Assembly: GCF_044324785.1 (NCBI RefSeq)
Contig: NZ_CP172127.1
Source: Escherichia coli
GTDB lineage: Bacteria > Pseudomonadota > Gammaproteobacteria > Enterobacterales > Enterobacteriaceae
Strand: one strand, 5' to 3'
Length of the DNA stretch: 64,000 bases
Program-made: the position numbers and the translations under genes
Part shown: positions 1 through 11,117 of the stretch, one piece after another
How the letters are laid out: each line of letters opens with the position of its first letter
How positions within the stretch are numbered: the first letter of the stretch is position 1
The notes under the pieces: generated by a model
Databases searched by the model: none
What the model was told of the DNA's origin: nothing
What the model saw: the letters and a program-made list of their open reading frames with translations, nothing else

Positions 1-248
1 GCCAGATTTGCCACTTCCTCCAATGGGATATTATGGCTTTCAGCGAGCTTCTGATAACTCTCTTTCCGTGCCTGATTGATATTTGCTACCAGCTCTCGTG
101 TTTCTGGATCAGTGCTTATAGCCGCAAGGTAGCCATTATGCCTTTCACCTACCCGCCCCTGACTTCTGGCTTCATTCAGGGTTAATGCCATCGCACTACT
201 GCTCACCAGACCAATAATCCATACCGCTATGAGTAATGTTCTTTTCAT
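1..248 (-). CDS. ydbL: YdbL (DUF1318 periplasmic protein), N-terminal part only; the 3' end lies beyond the window start
   Basis: Minus-strand translation from the ATG at 248 gives MKRTLLIAVWIIGLVSSSAMALTLNEARSQGRVGE..., a signal peptide plus YdbL-like sequence. It lies directly downstream of ynbE/ydbH as in K-12. It is absent from the ORF track because it runs off the window. Confidence 0.8.
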   Translation of the reverse strand, partial: MKRTLLIAVWIIGLVSSSAMALTLNEARSQGRVGERHNGYLAAISTDPETRELVANINQARKESYQKLAESHNIPLEEVANL

Positions 249-255
249 CATTACC

Positions 256-441
256 TCAGAAAAGATCGCTACGAGTTTCAAGCAGCTCTTCGACATCTTT
301 GTCTGCCTTGATGATGATCTCATGCTCAATTTTAACGTTCATATTGATAGTGATCGGTTCCTTAGGTGCAGCGACTTCAATGCGAGGCGTACAGCCAACC
401 AGCATAAAAGATGACGTCAACGCAGCCAGTAAAATTTTCAT
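256..441 (-). CDS. ynbE: Small lipoprotein YnbE
   Basis: 61-aa ORF MKILLAALTSSFMLVGC... with a lipobox (LVGC). Its start overlaps the ydbH stop by 4 nt, consistent with a ydbH-ynbE-ydbL operon. Confidence 0.88.
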   Translation of the reverse strand: MKILLAALTSSFMLVGCTPRIEVAAPKEPITINMNVKIEHEIIIKADKDVEELLETRSDLF

Positions 442-3077
442 TGTTTTTCCTCACACTCTTTTCCTTGCGGACAGTCATTTCCCGGCAGACGCGCGTTCTG
501 CTCCAACCATGCCTGGAGATTATCGCCAAAGCGTAAACTGCGCCACAGCGTAAAAATATTCTCTTCATGATGGTAATTAAGGTTTACCGTACCGCTTTTA
601 CCATCAACGCGACTGGTGCCTGTAATGTTGGCCTGCATGGTTAATAAACCGAGATTATCTAAGTTAATTTTTGTCGATGAACGGCTAATTTCCATATAGC
701 GCAACCAGTTAATTGCTGAACCCGCGGTCATATTGTCTTTCACTACCGCATCTGCGGTGTCTTTATCCAGCCGCAAGGTCATTGGCCCGCTATTTGCCAG
801 CCAACCATCTTTCACTATCCATTTTTCGTTGTTTAGCCATAACGGCAATGCACCACTAAATGCCCCGGACATGGCGAATTGTTTCGGATTGACGGCGCTA
901 ACCAGTTCGCTGGATGAGAGATTATTCAGCCGCAACAGCGCCGGGTCATGTTGCGGCATACGTAATTGTTTCATCAGCACGTTACCGCCTAACACATCGA
1001 CGCTAACATCAGTCAACAGCAATGGTTCTTCTTCTGTCCACGGATAGCGCCCTTGCAAATCAGCCGTAATATTTTTCGCTGTCACCAGATTAATCACTTC
1101 GGCAATTCGCAACGTAACGGGGCCGCGAGTCCCCAGATGCCAGGCTCCATCGGCAAAACGGAAAGGCAGGACAAAATCGACACCGTTAACCTGATTATCT
1201 GGCATCCAGGCACTACCGCCTTTCAACACACCGTGCCCTCCCGCGCGGAATCCTTGTTCAGGCGCAGCAGAAAATGCGACCTGGGCATATAGTTCGCCAT
1301 CGCGTAAGTTCATCTTCCAGTCGGGTGGCACCAGCGGCTGGAATACGGTCAGTGATTGTTTAGGCCACCAGGCGTTACCGCGCAGACGAATACCGTCCCA
1401 GCGACCACTTACCCGAACCGGGCCAATCTCACCAGCATGTAAATCGCCTTTAAAAAGGAAATACGTCGGATCGCGTCCATCGACGCTAAATTTTAAGGTT
1501 GATGGCGGTAACACACTGCCGCCAGTGAACAGCGTTTGCCCGGCGTCCAGTGACAGCGCGCCGCTAAAGGAGGGATGCTGTGCGTCACGTACCCAGACGA
1601 CGGGCTTGTCGAGAATTAGTCGCGGCTTTTCTACCGTCATCGTACCGTATTGTAACTGGTCGAAACCGGTGGAGAGATCGGTCAGCGTAATCGTGCTGTC
1701 ATGCCACTCACCCTTTCCTGCGACGTCCCAGGTGGCATTCATCGGTGTAAAACTGCCTTTTCCCCAGTAGCGCCACTGCCAGCGGCCAGCGTCAGGGAGA
1801 AAATCATTCGCCAGTCCATCCATATGCAGCACGAAATCGCCCAGTTCATTTTCATGCGCCTGCAAAATGGCCTGCAAACGTCCGTCAACACCACGTTGGG
1901 TGACTTTTACACCCGCTAAAGGCCAGCGGATTTCATCGATGTCCAGCGAATCGATGACTCTTCCCTTCGAACGTAATAACGCGCCTGGCTCAAAGGCCAG
2001 CGTTGGGTCAGTCAGACTTCCGCTTAGCTGCGCAGGTAAGCGGGCATATAAAATGAGATCCGCCTGTTTCGCTTCACCGGTCAGCTGCAAAGGCAGCTGG
2101 CTGTTATCCATGCTTAATTTTCCAGGGCCAAAATTAAGCACCGCGTTGCCTTTACCCGCTTGCCCCTGGGTCAGCACACTAAGTCGTCCGCTGACCAGAG
2201 CGTTCTCGAGCCCTGCCTGCCAGTTGTCGACTTTGACACCCAGTCGGCCACTCAAAGGAAAACCTGCATACGGCCAACTCCAGCGACCATCGCTTACGGT
2301 CAATTGTTGACGAGTAATTTGCCACGGCAAATCGAGCAACGGATCGCCGTTATCCCGTGCCAGCACAATCAATTGCCCGCTATTTTCCTGCCAGTCCAGC
2401 TCTGCATCCACCAGTGACGGTTCCTGCGGCAAGTTAAACGTCGCAGTAGTATGCCCACTGACAGGAAGTCCATCCGGCACGAGCGGCATAGTAAATTCCC
2501 CCGCCAGTTTAACCGGCGGCTGATTTTCAAACGCGACGACATCCAGTTCGCTGACTGTAAGTTGTTGCCCTTTCAGCTGGCCTTGAAATTTAACTTTTTC
2601 GCCCTGATAACGCAGTTGCTGGATATCAGAGGTTAATGCGAGAGAGAGTTTTCCCTGCCATTCCTGCCAGGGAGAAAAAATCAGTTTATCGATATTGATC
2701 CAGGTGTTAGGCAGCATGGACTGCCACTGCGCGAGGGTTTTTGGAGCGGCTGGCGATTGCTCCGTCTGCGGCAATTTCGCCAGACAAGCAGAATCAAGTT
2801 CTACCGTGCCGACGTTCAATAACCAGCGGCTGGGATGTGAAAGGCTGGCGTTGGTGATATGCGCAAGCTGACAATCTCCCACCAGATAACGGAGATCGGG
2901 AATGATTAAACCTTTACGCGTAATGCGTGGGCTTTCATCTAATGCAATACGTGTCCCGAGCGGTAGCCAGATGCCCGCCAGCGTGGGAACCCACAAGCCG
3001 AGCGTCATCAGCAGCGTCAACGGCACAAGAATAATCAGTAATAACAGCGCGAGAACGGCTTTATATTTACCCAGCAT
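438..3077 (-). CDS. ydbH: AsmA-like/TamB-like envelope protein YdbH (proposed intermembrane lipid transport)
   Basis: 879-aa ORF with an N-terminal TM anchor (MLGKYKAVLALLLLIILVPLTLLMTL...). Length and sequence match my memory of K-12 YdbH. Confidence 0.95.
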   Translation of the reverse strand: MLGKYKAVLALLLLIILVPLTLLMTLGLWVPTLAGIWLPLGTRIALDESPRITRKGLIIPDLRYLVGDCQLAHITNASLSHPSRWLLNVGTVELDSACLAKLPQTEQSPAAPKTLAQWQSMLPNTWINIDKLIFSPWQEWQGKLSLALTSDIQQLRYQGEKVKFQGQLKGQQLTVSELDVVAFENQPPVKLAGEFTMPLVPDGLPVSGHTTATFNLPQEPSLVDAELDWQENSGQLIVLARDNGDPLLDLPWQITRQQLTVSDGRWSWPYAGFPLSGRLGVKVDNWQAGLENALVSGRLSVLTQGQAGKGNAVLNFGPGKLSMDNSQLPLQLTGEAKQADLILYARLPAQLSGSLTDPTLAFEPGALLRSKGRVIDSLDIDEIRWPLAGVKVTQRGVDGRLQAILQAHENELGDFVLHMDGLANDFLPDAGRWQWRYWGKGSFTPMNATWDVAGKGEWHDSTITLTDLSTGFDQLQYGTMTVEKPRLILDKPVVWVRDAQHPSFSGALSLDAGQTLFTGGSVLPPSTLKFSVDGRDPTYFLFKGDLHAGEIGPVRVSGRWDGIRLRGNAWWPKQSLTVFQPLVPPDWKMNLRDGELYAQVAFSAAPEQGFRAGGHGVLKGGSAWMPDNQVNGVDFVLPFRFADGAWHLGTRGPVTLRIAEVINLVTAKNITADLQGRYPWTEEEPLLLTDVSVDVLGGNVLMKQLRMPQHDPALLRLNNLSSSELVSAVNPKQFAMSGAFSGALPLWLNNEKWIVKDGWLANSGPMTLRLDKDTADAVVKDNMTAGSAINWLRYMEISRSSTKINLDNLGLLTMQANITGTSRVDGKSGTVNLNYHHEENIFTLWRSLRFGDNLQAWLEQNARLPGNDCPQGKECEEKQ

Positions 3078-3284
3078 GGGTAGTTAATATCCTGATTTAG
3101 CGAAAAATTAAGCATTCAATACGGGTATTGTGGCATGTTTAACCGTTCAGTTGAAGGTTGCGCCTACACTAAGCATAGTTGTTGATGAATTTTTCAATAT
3201 CGCCATGGCTTTCAATTATATTTGAAATTTTGTAAAATATTTTTAGTAGCTTAAATGTGATTCAACATCACTGGAGAAAGTCTT

Positions 3285-4274
3285 ATGAAACTCGCCGTTT
3301 ATAGCACAAAACAGTACGACAAGAAGTACCTGCAACAGGTGAACGAGTCCTTTGGCTTTGAGCTGGAATTTTTTGACTTTCTGCTGACGGAAAAAACCGC
3401 TAAAACGGCCAATGGCTGCGAAGCGGTATGTATTTTCGTAAACGATGACGGCAGCCGCCCGGTGCTGGAAGAGCTGAAAAAGCACGGCGTTAAATATATC
3501 GCCCTGCGCTGTGCCGGTTTCAATAACGTCGACCTTGACGCGGCAAAAGAACTGGGGCTGAAAGTAGTCCGTGTTCCAGCCTATGATCCAGAAGCCGTTG
3601 CTGAACACGCCATCGGTATGATGATGACGCTGAACCGCCGTATTCATCGCGCGTATCAGCGTACTCGTGACGCCAACTTCTCTCTGGAAGGTCTGACCGG
3701 CTTTACTATGTATGGCAAAACGGCAGGCGTTATCGGTACCGGTAAAATCGGTGTGGCGATGCTGCGCATTCTGAAAGGTTTTGGTATGCGTCTGCTGGCG
3801 TTCGATCCGTATCCAAGTGCGGCGGCACTGGAACTCGGTGTGGAGTATGTCGATCTGCCAACCCTGTTCTCTGAATCAGACGTTATCTCTCTGCACTGCC
3901 CGCTGACACCGGAAAACTACCATCTGTTGAACGAAGCCGCCTTTGATCAGATGAAAAATGGCGTGATGATCGTCAATACCAGTCGCGGTGCATTGATTGA
4001 TTCTCAGGCGGCAATTGAAGCGCTGAAAAATCAGAAAATTGGTTCGTTGGGTATGGACGTGTATGAGAACGAACGCGATCTGTTCTTTGAAGACAAATCC
4101 AACGACGTGATCCAGGATGACGTATTCCGTCGTCTGTCTGCCTGCCACAACGTGCTGTTTACCGGGCACCAGGCATTCCTGACAGCAGAAGCACTGACCA
4201 GTATTTCTCAGACTACGCTGCAAAACTTAAGCAATCTGGAAAAAGGCGAAACCAGCCCGAACGAACTGGTTTAA
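3285..4274 (+). CDS. ldhA: Fermentative D-lactate dehydrogenase
   Basis: 329-aa ORF MKLAVYSTKQYDKKYLQQVNESFGFELEFFDF... with the NAD-binding motif GVIGTGKIG. Recognised as LdhA. Confidence 0.97.
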   Translation: MKLAVYSTKQYDKKYLQQVNESFGFELEFFDFLLTEKTAKTANGCEAVCIFVNDDGSRPVLEELKKHGVKYIALRCAGFNNVDLDAAKELGLKVVRVPAYDPEAVAEHAIGMMMTLNRRIHRAYQRTRDANFSLEGLTGFTMYGKTAGVIGTGKIGVAMLRILKGFGMRLLAFDPYPSAAALELGVEYVDLPTLFSESDVISLHCPLTPENYHLLNEAAFDQMKNGVMIVNTSRGALIDSQAAIEALKNQKIGSLGMDVYENERDLFFEDKSNDVIQDDVFRRLSACHNVLFTGHQAFLTAEALTSISQTTLQNLSNLEKGETSPNELV

Positions 4275-4281
4275 TCTTGCC

Positions 4282-4310
4282 GCTCCCCTGCATTCCAGGG
4301 GAGCTTATTC
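4282..4310 (+). terminator. Stem-loop downstream of ldhA (putative intrinsic terminator)
   Basis: GCTCCCCTG-cattc-CAGGGGAGC perfect 9-bp stem, 8 nt after the ldhA stop, followed by TTATTC. Confidence 0.55.
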
Positions 4311-4384
4311 AGATAATCCCCAAAGACCTTTCATCCTCTATTCTTAAAATAGTCCTGAGTCAGAAACTGTAATTGAGAACCACA

Positions 4385-4807
4385 ATGAAGAAAGTAGCCG
4401 CGCTCGTTGCGCTAAGCCTGCTGATGGCGGGATGTGTAAGTAATGACAAAATTGCTGTAACCCCAGAACAGCTACAGCATCATCGCTTTGTGCTGGAAAG
4501 CGTAAACGGTAAGCCCGTGACCAGCGATAAAAATCCGCCAGAAATCAGCTTTGGTGAAAAGATGATGATTTCCGGCAGCATGTGTAACCGCTTTAGCGGT
4601 GAAGGCAAACTGTCTAATGGTGAACTGACAGCCAAAGGGCTGGCAATGACCCGTATGATGTGCGCTAACCCGCAGCTTAATGAACTCGATAACACCATTA
4701 GCGAAATGCTGAAAGAAGGTGCACAAGTGGATCTGACCGCGAACCAGTTAACGCTGGCGACCGCGAAACAGACATTAACTTATAAGCTGGCGGATTTAAT
4801 GAATTAA
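4385..4807 (+). CDS. hslJ: Heat-shock lipoprotein HslJ
   Basis: The ORF track opens at a TTG at 4373. The ATG at 4385 gives MKKVAALVALSLLMAGC (lipobox) and the 140-aa length of K-12 HslJ. Confidence 0.9.
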   Translation: MKKVAALVALSLLMAGCVSNDKIAVTPEQLQHHRFVLESVNGKPVTSDKNPPEISFGEKMMISGSMCNRFSGEGKLSNGELTAKGLAMTRMMCANPQLNELDNTISEMLKEGAQVDLTANQLTLATAKQTLTYKLADLMN

Positions 4808-5070
4808 TAGCTGCCACAGCTCCCGGCGGCAAGTGACTGTTCGCTACAGCGTTTGCCGTTGGGTAATGCACACATCCCAATCGCCGTACCATCCAGTTGA
4901 CGGGCAACAGAAAGCGAACCGCCGATCATTGCACAATTTGCTTCTCCACTACTGGACATCGACGCTTTTAAACCTGGCGCTACGTGCGCCGCAGTCGCCT
5001 GTTGAACAGGTTCACTACTACACGCCGACAACAATAAAGCGGCACACCCTACCCAAAACGCTGCTCGCAT
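4804..5070 (-). CDS. ydbJ: DUF333 lipoprotein YdbJ
   Basis: 88-aa ORF MRAAFWVGCAALLLSAC... with a lipobox. Convergent with hslJ and overlapping it by 4 nt, as in K-12. Confidence 0.8.
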   Translation of the reverse strand: MRAAFWVGCAALLLSACSSEPVQQATAAHVAPGLKASMSSSGEANCAMIGGSLSVARQLDGTAIGMCALPNGKRCSEQSLAAGSCGSY

Positions 5071-5343
5071 CTTTTCTTCCTCTGATCTTCAAGCCAAACG
5101 ACACCGCCATAAATAATAGGCAGCACAGAGGGCGACGTCGAGAGCTGTCCTGCGCGTTGCCCCGCATTTTTACTTTTTTATGGCTATTTTTTTGCCCTCT
5201 GTTTGATCAAAACATTCATTACGCTGATGTGGGGGACACAAAAGCGAAAATGCAGAAGAAAGCCATTTGCTAAAATTGAAAGATAACTACTGGGCGCGCA
5301 GCAATTTCGTGCGCCCCTCATTTGCGCAATGTAAGGGTGTCAT

Positions 5344-8300
5344 ATGATTACTATTGACGGTAATGGCGCGGTTGCTTCGGTGGCGTTTCGCACCAGTGAA
5401 GTTATCGCCATCTACCCTATTACCCCCAGTTCCACGATGGCAGAACAGGCTGATGCATGGGCCGGAAACGGCTTGAAAAACGTCTGGGGAGACACACCAC
5501 GCGTGGTTGAAATGCAGTCGGAAGCAGGTGCTATCGCTACCGTGCATGGCGCTTTGCAGACGGGTGCCCTTTCAACATCGTTTACGTCATCGCAGGGTTT
5601 GCTGCTGATGATCCCGACGCTGTACAAACTGGCAGGCGAACTCACACCGTTTGTCCTACATGTAGCGGCACGTACCGTTGCCACACATGCACTCTCTATT
5701 TTTGGCGATCATTCCGACGTCATGGCGGTGCGCCAGACGGGTTGCGCGATGTTGTGTGCGGCAAACGTCCAGGAAGCGCAAGACTTTGCTCTCATTTCGC
5801 ACATCGCGACGCTGAAAAGCCGCGTGCCATTTATTCATTTCTTTGATGGTTTCCGCACGTCCCACGAAATCAATAAAATTGTCCCGCTGGCCGATGACAC
5901 GATTCTTGATCTCATGCCGCAGGCCGAAATTGATGCTCATCGCGCCCGGGCACTCAACCCGGAACATCCGGTGATCCGCGGTACGTCCGCCAATCCTGAC
6001 ACTTATTTCCAGTCTCGCGAAGCCACCAACCCCTGGTACAACGCGGTCTATGACCATGTTGAGCAGGCGATGAATGATTTCGCTGCCGCGACAGGTCGTC
6101 AGTATCAGCCGTTTGAGTATTACGGGCATCCGCAAGCTGAACGAGTGATTATCCTGATGGGCTCAGCCATTGGCACCTGTGAAGAAGTGGTTGATGAATT
6201 GCTAACCCGTGGCGAAAAAGTCGGCGTGCTGAAAATTCGCCTGTACCGCCCCTTCTCAGCCAAACACTTGCTACAAGCTCTGCCGGGATCCGTACGCAGC
6301 GTGGCGGTACTGGACAGAACCAAAGAACCCGGTGCCCAGGCAGAACCGCTCTATCTGGATGTGATGACCGCACTGGCAGAAGCCTTTAATAATGGCGAGC
6401 GCGAAACCCTGCCCCGTGTCATTGGTGGGCGCTATGGTCTTTCATCCAAAGAATTTGGCCCGGACTGTGTACTGGCGGTATTTGCCGAGCTCAACGCGGC
6501 TAAACCGAAAGCGCGCTTTACGGTTGGTATTTACGATGATGTGACCAATCTGTCACTGCCGTTGCCGGAAAACACCCTGCCAAACTCGGCGAAACTTGAA
6601 GCCTTGTTTTATGGCCTTGGTAGTGATGGCAGCGTTTCCGCGACCAAAAACAATATCAAGATTATCGGTAATTCCACGCCGTGGTACGCACAGGGCTATT
6701 TTGTTTACGACTCCAAAAAGGCGGGCGGCCTGACGGTTTCTCACCTTCGCGTGAGCGAGCAGCCGATTCGTTCCGCTTATCTCATTTCCCAGGCTGATTT
6801 TGTTGGCTGCCACCAGTTGCAGTTTATCGATAAATATCAGATGGTTGAACGTTTAAAACCTAGCGGCATTTTCCTGCTCAACACGCCGTACAGCGCAGAT
6901 GAAGTGTGGTCGCGCTTGCCGCAGGAAGTTCAGGCCGTGTTAAACCAGAAAAAAGCGCGCTTCTATGTGATTAACGCGGCGAAAATCGCCCGCGAATGTG
7001 GCCTGGCGGCCCGTATTAATACCGTCATGCAGATGGCTTTTTTCCATCTGACGCAAATTCTGCCTGGCGATAGCGCCCTCGCAGAATTGCAGGGTGCGAT
7101 TGCCAAAAGTTACAGTAGCAAAGGTCAGGATCTGGTGGAGCGCAACTGGCAGGCTCTGGCGCTGGCGCGTGAATCCGTAGAAGAAGTTCCGTTGCAGCCG
7201 GTTAATCCGCACAGCGCCAATCGACCGCCTGTGGTTTCCGATGCCGCTCCTGATTTCGTGAAAACCGTTACCGCGGCGATGCTCGCCGGGCTTGGTGATG
7301 CCCTCCCCGTTTCGGCGCTGCCGCCAGACGGCACCTGGCCGATGGGCACCACGCGCTGGGAAAAACGCAATATCGCCGAAGAGATCCCCATCTGGAAAGA
7401 GGAACTCTGTACCCAATGTAACCACTGCGTCGCCGCTTGCCCACACTCAGCTATTCGCGCAAAAGTGGTACCGCCTGAAGCGATGGAAAACGCCCCTGCC
7501 AGCCTGCATTCGCTGGATGTGAAATCGCGTGATATGCGCGGGCAGAAATATGTCTTGCAGGTGGCACCGGAAGATTGCACCGGCTGTAACCTGTGCGTCG
7601 AAGTTTGCCCGGCGAAAGACCGTCAGAATCCAGAGATTAAAGCCATCAATATGATGTCGCGCCTGGAACATGTCGAAGAAGAGAAAATCAATTACGATTT
7701 CTTCCTCAACCTGCCAGAAATCGACCGTAGCAAACTGGAACGTATTGATATTCGTACATCGCAGCTGATTACACCGCTGTTTGAATATTCAGGTGCTTGC
7801 TCCGGTTGTGGCGAGACGCCGTATATTAAATTGCTGACTCAGCTCTATGGCGACCGGATGTTGATCGCTAACGCCACGGGCTGTTCTTCAATTTATGGCG
7901 GTAACCTGCCCTCTACACCGTATACTACCGATGCCAACGGTCGAGGACCGGCATGGGCGAACTCGCTGTTTGAAGATAACGCCGAATTTGGCCTTGGTTT
8001 CCGCCTGACGGTCGATCAACACCGTGTCCGCGTGCTGCGTCTGCTGGATCAATTTGCCGATAAAATCCCGGCTGAATTACTAACTGCGTTGAAATCAGAC
8101 GCCACGCCAGAGGTTCGTCGTGAACAGGTTGCAGCTTTACGCCAGCAACTCAAAGATGTTGCCGAAGCACATGAACTGCTACGTGACGCAGATGCGCTGG
8201 TGGAAAAATCAATCTGGCTGATTGGCGGCGACGGCTGGGCTTACGATATCGGCTTTGGCGGTTTGGATCATGTATTGAGTTTGACAGAAAACGTCAACAT

Positions 8301-8868
8301 TCTGGTGCTGGATACGCAATGCTATTCCAACACCGGTGGTCAGGCGTCGAAAGCGACACCGCTGGGTGCAGTAACTAAGTTCGGCGAGCACGGCAAACGT
8401 AAAGCGCGTAAAGATCTTGGCGTCAGTATGATGATGTACGGTCATGTTTATGTGGCGCAGATTTCTCTCGGCGCGCAGCTCAACCAGACGGTGAAAGCGA
8501 TTCAGGAAGCGGAAGCGTATCCGGGGCCATCGCTGATCATCGCTTATAGCCCCTGTGAAGAGCATGGTTACGATCTGGCACTCAGTCACGACCAGATGCG
8601 CCAACTCACTGCTACCGGCTTCTGGCCGCTATATCGCTTTGATCCGCGTCGTGCCGATGAAGGCAAACTGCCGCTGGCGCTGGATTCACGCCCGCCGTCA
8701 GAAGCACTGGAAGAAACGTTACTTCATGAGCAGCGTTTCCGTCGTCTGAATTCGCTGCAGCCAGAAGTGGCAGAACAGTTATGGAAAGATGCTGCAGCTG
8801 ATTTGCAAAAACGCTATGACTTCCTGGCACAAATGGCCGGAAAAGCGGAAAAAAGCAACACCGATTAA
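5344..8868 (+). CDS. ydbK: Pyruvate:flavodoxin/ferredoxin oxidoreductase
   Basis: 1174-aa ORF with two 4Fe-4S ferredoxin motifs (CTQCNHCVAACP, CTGCNLCVEVCP) and a C-terminal TPP-binding region (GGDGWAYDIG). Recognised as YdbK/Pfo. Confidence 0.97.
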   Translation: MITIDGNGAVASVAFRTSEVIAIYPITPSSTMAEQADAWAGNGLKNVWGDTPRVVEMQSEAGAIATVHGALQTGALSTSFTSSQGLLLMIPTLYKLAGELTPFVLHVAARTVATHALSIFGDHSDVMAVRQTGCAMLCAANVQEAQDFALISHIATLKSRVPFIHFFDGFRTSHEINKIVPLADDTILDLMPQAEIDAHRARALNPEHPVIRGTSANPDTYFQSREATNPWYNAVYDHVEQAMNDFAAATGRQYQPFEYYGHPQAERVIILMGSAIGTCEEVVDELLTRGEKVGVLKIRLYRPFSAKHLLQALPGSVRSVAVLDRTKEPGAQAEPLYLDVMTALAEAFNNGERETLPRVIGGRYGLSSKEFGPDCVLAVFAELNAAKPKARFTVGIYDDVTNLSLPLPENTLPNSAKLEALFYGLGSDGSVSATKNNIKIIGNSTPWYAQGYFVYDSKKAGGLTVSHLRVSEQPIRSAYLISQADFVGCHQLQFIDKYQMVERLKPSGIFLLNTPYSADEVWSRLPQEVQAVLNQKKARFYVINAAKIARECGLAARINTVMQMAFFHLTQILPGDSALAELQGAIAKSYSSKGQDLVERNWQALALARESVEEVPLQPVNPHSANRPPVVSDAAPDFVKTVTAAMLAGLGDALPVSALPPDGTWPMGTTRWEKRNIAEEIPIWKEELCTQCNHCVAACPHSAIRAKVVPPEAMENAPASLHSLDVKSRDMRGQKYVLQVAPEDCTGCNLCVEVCPAKDRQNPEIKAINMMSRLEHVEEEKINYDFFLNLPEIDRSKLERIDIRTSQLITPLFEYSGACSGCGETPYIKLLTQLYGDRMLIANATGCSSIYGGNLPSTPYTTDANGRGPAWANSLFEDNAEFGLGFRLTVDQHRVRVLRLLDQFADKIPAELLTALKSDATPEVRREQVAALRQQLKDVAEAHELLRDADALVEKSIWLIGGDGWAYDIGFGGLDHVLSLTENVNILVLDTQCYSNTGGQASKATPLGAVTKFGEHGKRKARKDLGVSMMMYGHVYVAQISLGAQLNQTVKAIQEAEAYPGPSLIIAYSPCEEHGYDLALSHDQMRQLTATGFWPLYRFDPRRADEGKLPLALDSRPPSEALEETLLHEQRFRRLNSLQPEVAEQLWKDAAADLQKRYDFLAQMAGKAEKSNTD

Positions 8869-8896
8869 ATGTTCTGGATAAGAATTATCCAATTCT

Positions 8897-9006
8897 AAAA
8901 AAAAGCCCGAACGACTGTTCGGGCTTGTCTTTTTATATGTTGGAAAATCAGTGGCAATGCAATGGCCCAACAGAAAATAAAATCTGTGACAATAAAGGCA
9001 TATAAC
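8897..9006 (-). ncRNA. micC: MicC sRNA (Hfq-dependent repressor of ompC)
   Basis: The reverse complement reads GTTATATGCCTTTATTGTCACAGATTTTATTTTCTGTTGGGCCATTGCATTGCCACTGATTTTCCAACATATAAAAAGACAAGCCCGAACAGTCGTTCGGGCTTTTTTTT. This matches remembered MicC and ends in a GC hairpin plus U-run. It sits in the ydbK-ompN intergenic region, as known for K-12. Confidence 0.88.
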
Positions 9007-9233
9007 CCGCGCAGAATAACGTATAGCAAATTAAAAGTATAATTTTTATTTTGTATGTATTATCTCCAATACATTCACCAGACTTATTATCATTTCAGAA
9101 GAATTATTTGATTAAGGTTTTACTTAAGGCGTAACAAATAATATTTATCGGCTAACTGAACTTCTCCTTTAGGATGTTTTCACTCCCCGAAATGGGGATA
9201 AAAGGCAAATAAAATAACTAAAGGATTTATTCA

Positions 9234-10367
9234 ATGAAAAGCAAAGTACTGGCACTTTTAATTCCTGCCCTGCTCGCCGCAGGTGCTGCACATGCAGCCG
9301 AAGTTTATAATAAAGACGGCAACAAATTAGATCTGTATGGCAAAGTTGATGGCCTGCATTATTTTTCTGATAATTCAGCGAAAGATGGCGACCAGAGCTA
9401 TGCGCGTCTGGGTTTTAAAGGCGAAACCCAAATTAACGATCAACTAACTGGCTACGGTCAATGGGAATACAATATTCAGGCAAACAACACTGAATCCTCA
9501 AAAAACCAGTCATGGACCCGTCTGGCATTTGCCGGATTGAAATTTGCAGATTACGGTTCTTTCGATTACGGACGTAATTATGGCGTAATGTACGACATCG
9601 AAGGCTGGACCGATATGCTGCCTGAATTTGGCGGTGACTCTTATACCAATGCAGACAACTTTATGACTGGTCGAGCCAATGGCGTCGCGACTTATCGTAA
9701 TACTGATTTCTTCGGTCTGGTAAATGGTCTGAACTTCGCGGTGCAGTATCAAGGTAACAACGAAGGTGCCAGTAATGGTCAGGAAGGCACCAACAACGGA
9801 CGTGATGTTCGCCATGAAAACGGTGACGGCTGGGGTCTTTCCACAACATATGATTTAGGCATGGGCTTTAGCGCTGGTGCGGCATACACCTCTTCTGACC
9901 GCACCAATGACCAGGTTAACCATACTGCGGCGGGTGGTGATAAAGCAGACGCATGGACTGCTGGGCTAAAATACGATGCTAACAATATTTACCTGGCAAC
10001 CATGTATTCAGAAACGCGTAATATGACCCCGTTTGGCGACAGCGATTATGCTGTTGCAAACAAAACCCAGAACTTTGAAGTTACTGCACAGTACCAGTTT
10101 GATTTTGGTCTGCGTCCGGCAGTCTCTTTCCTGATGTCTAAAGGCCGTGACCTGCACGCTGCCGGTGGTGCAGACAACCCGGCAGGTGTTGATGATAAAG
10201 ATCTGGTTAAATACGCCGATGTTGGCGCGACTTACTATTTCAACAAAAATATGTCCACCTACGTTGACTATAAAATCAACCTGTTGGATGAAGATGACAG
10301 CTTCTACGCTGCCAACGGCATCTCTACCGATGATATTGTCGCTTTAGGTCTGGTTTATCAGTTCTAA
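9234..10367 (+). CDS. ompN: Outer-membrane porin OmpN
   Basis: 377-aa ORF with a signal peptide ([21 protein letters not shown]), the [16 protein letters not shown] porin N-terminus and a C-terminal ...GLVYQF. Confidence 0.94.
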   Translation: MKSKVLALLIPALLAAGAAHAAEVYNKDGNKLDLYGKVDGLHYFSDNSAKDGDQSYARLGFKGETQINDQLTGYGQWEYNIQANNTESSKNQSWTRLAFAGLKFADYGSFDYGRNYGVMYDIEGWTDMLPEFGGDSYTNADNFMTGRANGVATYRNTDFFGLVNGLNFAVQYQGNNEGASNGQEGTNNGRDVRHENGDGWGLSTTYDLGMGFSAGAAYTSSDRTNDQVNHTAAGGDKADAWTAGLKYDANNIYLATMYSETRNMTPFGDSDYAVANKTQNFEVTAQYQFDFGLRPAVSFLMSKGRDLHAAGGADNPAGVDDKDLVKYADVGATYYFNKNMSTYVDYKINLLDEDDSFYAANGISTDDIVALGLVYQF

Positions 10368-10375
10368 ATCCTCCT

Positions 10376-10399
10376 GCCCGCTGTTATGGCGGGCTTTTT
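10376..10399 (+). terminator. ompN intrinsic terminator
   Basis: GCCCGC-tgttatg-GCGGGC followed by TTTTT, 9 nt after the stop codon. Confidence 0.8.
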
Positions 10400-10426
10400 C
10401 TGCTTATTCTTCCTCCTTTGATCTAA

Positions 10427-10942
<516 letters not shown>

Positions 10943-10949
10943 CACTAAC

Positions 10950-10974
10950 GCCCGCACATTGCTGCGGGCTTTTT
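10950..10974 (+). terminator. uspF intrinsic terminator
   Basis: GCCCGCA-cattgc-TGCGGGC followed by TTTTT. Confidence 0.8.
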
Positions 10975-11117
10975 GATTCATTTCGCAAATGTGCTGACAT
11001 TTTCCCCTCTAATCCGTACCATACACGCCACTGTTTTTATATCAGATTTCTTATGCTGGGCATTCCGGCATGACGCATACTCTTCTGATGCCATATAACG
11101 AATTGAGTCGCTTTTAA

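Noticed and set aside
229-568. Plus-strand ORFs 229-414 and 236-553, and minus-strand ORF 377-568, around ynbE.
   Set aside because: They overlap the well-supported ynbE/ydbH/ydbL coding sequences in other frames and have no RBS or domain signal.
5412-8830. Many long antisense or alternate-frame ORFs inside ydbK (e.g. 5656-6135, 6940-7446, 7125-7580, 8209-8604).
   Set aside because: They overlap a 1174-aa ORF with unmistakable PFOR motifs. They have no recognisable domains or RBS and are low-complexity R/A/G-rich, as expected for shadow frames of GC-rich coding DNA. The same reasoning applies to shadow ORFs inside ydbH, dbpA, tyrR, ycjX, pspA, puuB, puuC, puuE, puuA and the sap genes.
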